Shown one piece after another: positions 50,511 through 53,801 of a DNA stretch of 53,801 nt. Source of the DNA: Nemertoderma westbladi (Eukaryota > Animalia > Xenacoelomorpha); assembly GCA_032718475.1 (NCBI GenBank), contig JAUCBJ010002606.1, forward strand, positions 1 through 53,801. The letters are read 5' to 3'. A program made the translations under genes and the position numbers. Positions within the stretch are counted from its first letter, which is position 1. Each line of letters starts with the position of its first letter. Under the pieces are notes generated by a model. It had not been told where the DNA came from. It did no database searches and was given only the letters and a program-made list of their open reading frames with translations.

Positions 50511-51138
50511 ATTGGATTTCGAATTGGAAAATTGGCACATCCAAATTCATAATCTAAAAAACTACTGCAACTGTGTGAGTACGTCATAATAAACAGTGTA
50601 AATGTAACATGAGACTCAGTCAGACAGTACTGATAAATTGGACTTGTTCGAGGTTGAGTTTGTGTTGGGAACACCTAATATATTTAATTTAAAGTGGAAT
50701 CATTATCATTGAATCTTTAATCACTGTAAAGCGAAGGCAATTCAAGGCAAATCAAAATAGTTTTTGATGTCGTGCACGCTTCATGCCACATTGTCTAGCT
50801 GGCTACATACAGCATTAAATAAAGCAATACCCTATGGGCTATCGGAGTTCTTCTGTCATATGGTCTGGGTTGTCTACCACTTATCTAACATACATATAGG
50901 TGACCCCGTCAAACCAACTAATGAGCATATCGCTAGTAAAAGGTAAAAAAAGATGAGATAAGTAATAAATAATATTTATACTAAGTCTGAAATTAATTAC
51001 AGAATAGCAGTGTAGTCACCTACACCGCCTACACGTTCGTGGGGAGTTGGCCCAGGCTTAAGTAAGGAAGCTTAGTATAACAGCTACAACTATTTCACAC
51101 ATTGCCCTAGTCGCACTTTAGAGGGAGACTGCTGGGCA

Positions 51139-51165
51139 CCCCCCCCCCCCCCCCCCCCCCCCCCC
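51139..51165. repeat. Poly(C) tract, 27 nt
   Basis: Direct inspection. Confidence 0.95.
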
Positions 51166-51543
51166 ATTATATGTCAGCCTTTCCTGACCTCAGATATACC
51201 AAGTTTGGTTTAATTTCATCAAACATTGCGAGAGGTTGTTAAAGTTCAGAGCGGTCGCTTACTCTGAGGCTGCTACTGTAGAACTTAACTTAATAAGATA
51301 GCGACACAACATGGTGTACCACAGCACTATGAACTTGCGGCTCTACATCGTAAAAGTAAACACCAAAAATATAATATAGGGGAATAAACTTTCATTGGTA
51401 ATTAAGTAAAAGTTAAGCTACTACAGATCCCAGTGTGGTAGGGTAGGTGTAAAAGTTACGCAGATAGCTGACAACCATTATTATGAACAAAGATTAAATC
51501 GTCCTTTCCCATAGCGTGTAAAACTACATCTTGGAATTTACAC

Positions 51544-51630
51544 CACAGTGTACCAGGTGTATAGGTGTAGGCACAGTGTACCAGGTGTAGGCACAGTGTA
51601 CCAGGTGTATAGGTGTAGGCACAGTGTACC
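51544..51630. repeat. Short tandem repeat CACAGTGTACCAGGTGTA(TAGGTGTA)GG, ~3.5 copies
   Basis: Direct inspection. Confidence 0.85.
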
Positions 51631-52259
51631 AAACATACTCAAGAAAATTTAGGTTCATAGTTGAAAAACAATTTTATCACGGCATTTATTTACTACTCTT
51701 TGTATTTGAAAGTTTCATAATCATATTTATCATTGGCAATAATTGAAAACGCGTAATAGAAATCAAAACCCACCTGTAAGAATGAATATTTGTGGTTTAC
51801 GATTTGCGAACAGTCAATACGAAGCTAATATACAAACATCAACAACGCATATAATTAATAATTAATTAAATAATTAATAAAAAAGATATTAGGCCTAAGT
51901 AATTATTGATTTGAAGAAATATGTATGCAATTAAATTTATTTATGTTTTTAAAGTCATAAAACGTAAAAATAAAAAATAAAAAATACCTACCAAATAGCT
52001 AACTAATACACAACAAGCGTCTGTGTGGAACCTTCCCAGGTGTAATTCCCCACTCAGATGGCCTGGGGCTTACAGACTAAGTGAGGTAATAGGCAGTTCT
52101 GATTGGAGGATGACACATTTTTAATGATATCTCAGGCGTTTCTATGCTATTGACATATATTTAATAAAATAAATCTTACATTGACAGACCGTCTTAAAGC
52201 AGGTCCGCATTTTGTGTTGGGAACTAGATAATTATTTTGTACATTGAATTTTACAATGT

Positions 52260-52765
52260 CATCTGTGCACCTTGCACCTCCTTGGAGTTTTTGACATATA
52301 CATCTGTGCACCTTGCACCTCCTTAGACCTTGTGACATATACATCTGTGCACCTTGCACCTCGTTAGACCTTGTGACATATACATCTGTGCACCCTGCAC
52401 CTCCTTAGACCTTGTGACATATATATCTGTGCACCTTGCACCTCCTTAGACCTTGTGACATATACATCTGTGCACCTTGCACCTCCTTAGACCTTGTGAC
52501 ATATATATCTGTGCACCTTGCACCTCCTTAGACCTTGTGACATATATATCTGTGCACCTTGCACCTCCTTAGACCTTGTGACATATATATCTGTGCACCT
52601 TGCACCTCCTTAGACCTTGTGACATATATATCTGTGCACCTTGCACCTCCTTAGACCTTGTGACATATATATCTGTGCACCTTGCACCTCTTTAGACCTT
52701 GTGACATATATATCTGTGCACCTTGCACCTCCTTAGACCTTGTGACATATATATCTGTGCACCTT
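52260..52765. repeat. Minisatellite J, 41-bp unit CATCTGTGCACCTTGCACCTCCTTAGACCTTGTGACATATA, ~12 copies
   Basis: Tandem periodicity of 41 bp. Confidence 0.98.
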
Positions 52766-53801
52766 CATGCACCTTCCTATAGGTCTACTCATAAATACAT
52801 CGCGGGTCGAACAAACTTCAGCCAACCTTTTACCTATTATTGCTATAGATAATTTTTATGGACATATATCATTCACAGTCCCTCGGTATATCTCATCTCT
52901 TAAACTATGTTCGTTACTTCATCCTAGTATCTTCGCTGAGGCTATGGTATTATCATTATGTCTGTCTATGATATGATATGATACGTTGCTAAAACTTGGG
53001 AGTAAACGTGGTAGGTTAGGTTGACAACCGACAGCCGTTAATTAATGCTAATTATAAATTGGGGGAGAAATGATCAGGTAACAATTAAACTTTTAGGTGG
53101 TAACAAAGGTTACCAGCTGCTATTATCCGTTGGCGGCGTATATTTACTTAACCTCTATCACATTCATAAAACCCGGGCATCGCATGTTTAACATATGATA
53201 GAACTCAACATCCACTTACTATAGGTCTGTAGTGTACAGTAGAACGATAAGGCTTCACAAATCGAGTCCGTCTGGACTGAGTTTTAGCGGGGTTCAGTGG
53301 TCTCTAGTGCCGCCGCGGAAATAGTGTAACACAAAAATTCACAAACAAAATGCTATTAAATGAATTAAAGCACTATTATAAAACCGTAAAGTTTGGTGTT
53401 TAAAGAGGATATCTCTACAGTATTAAAACTCATTCAATTGCTAAAGTATTACGACACTAGAGATCAGAGTTATCCAGCTGGTCATAACGACTTCTTAGCA
53501 ATAAAAAAACAGACGCCATTTATGATAAGCCAACCCAGCATAGCATTATTCGCTAAAAGTACCGCAACCATGCTCCGGAATAGGGCACTTATTTATTGCC
53601 ATTATCATTAAGTAATTATCATTATGGGTGATTTGCCATAGATAGTATATTTATTGTAGACAATGTGTTCTACTGTACAGTAAAACGTGGAAAGACGTCA
53701 CCAGGGGTTGAACAAGCGCCACTCCTAATACGGTACCGTTTCTACCTGCTGCTAACTATCTATATTTTATCAGCCATACTGTCGCCAGCCAGATGAGTAA
53801 A

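Noticed and set aside
48240-50540. Numerous hydrophobic or Lys-rich ORFs
   Set aside because: Translations of satellite I, with frame changes at A-runs.

Overview
Repeat-dense eukaryotic (probably invertebrate animal) genomic DNA, not prokaryotic. About half the window is ten unrelated minisatellite arrays with 25-56 bp units. The main feature is a very young 7.2-kb LTR retroelement (18010-25222, minus strand) inserted into a 38-bp satellite. It has 543-bp TG...CA LTRs with one visible mismatch, a 5-bp CCTTT target-site duplication and a PPT, but no recognisable protease, RT, RNase H or integrase core. ORF1 looks like a BEL/Pao Gag N-terminus joined to a frameshifted remnant of the integrase C-terminal tail. 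ORF2 is an intact 844-aa protein in the env position that fuses a WRN/EXD/mut-7-type DEDDy 3'-5' exonuclease domain to three CCHC zinc knuckles. There is no canonical tRNA PBS; the sequence next to the 5' LTR is instead complementary to the LTR itself, suggesting self-priming. Also present: two 5'-truncated copies of one RTE-clade LINE, a tRNA-derived SINE, palindromic (foldback) elements from whose arms satellites appear to have grown, and a 1.5-kb exon of an unidentified host gene. All domain calls are by-eye motif recognition; no searches were run.
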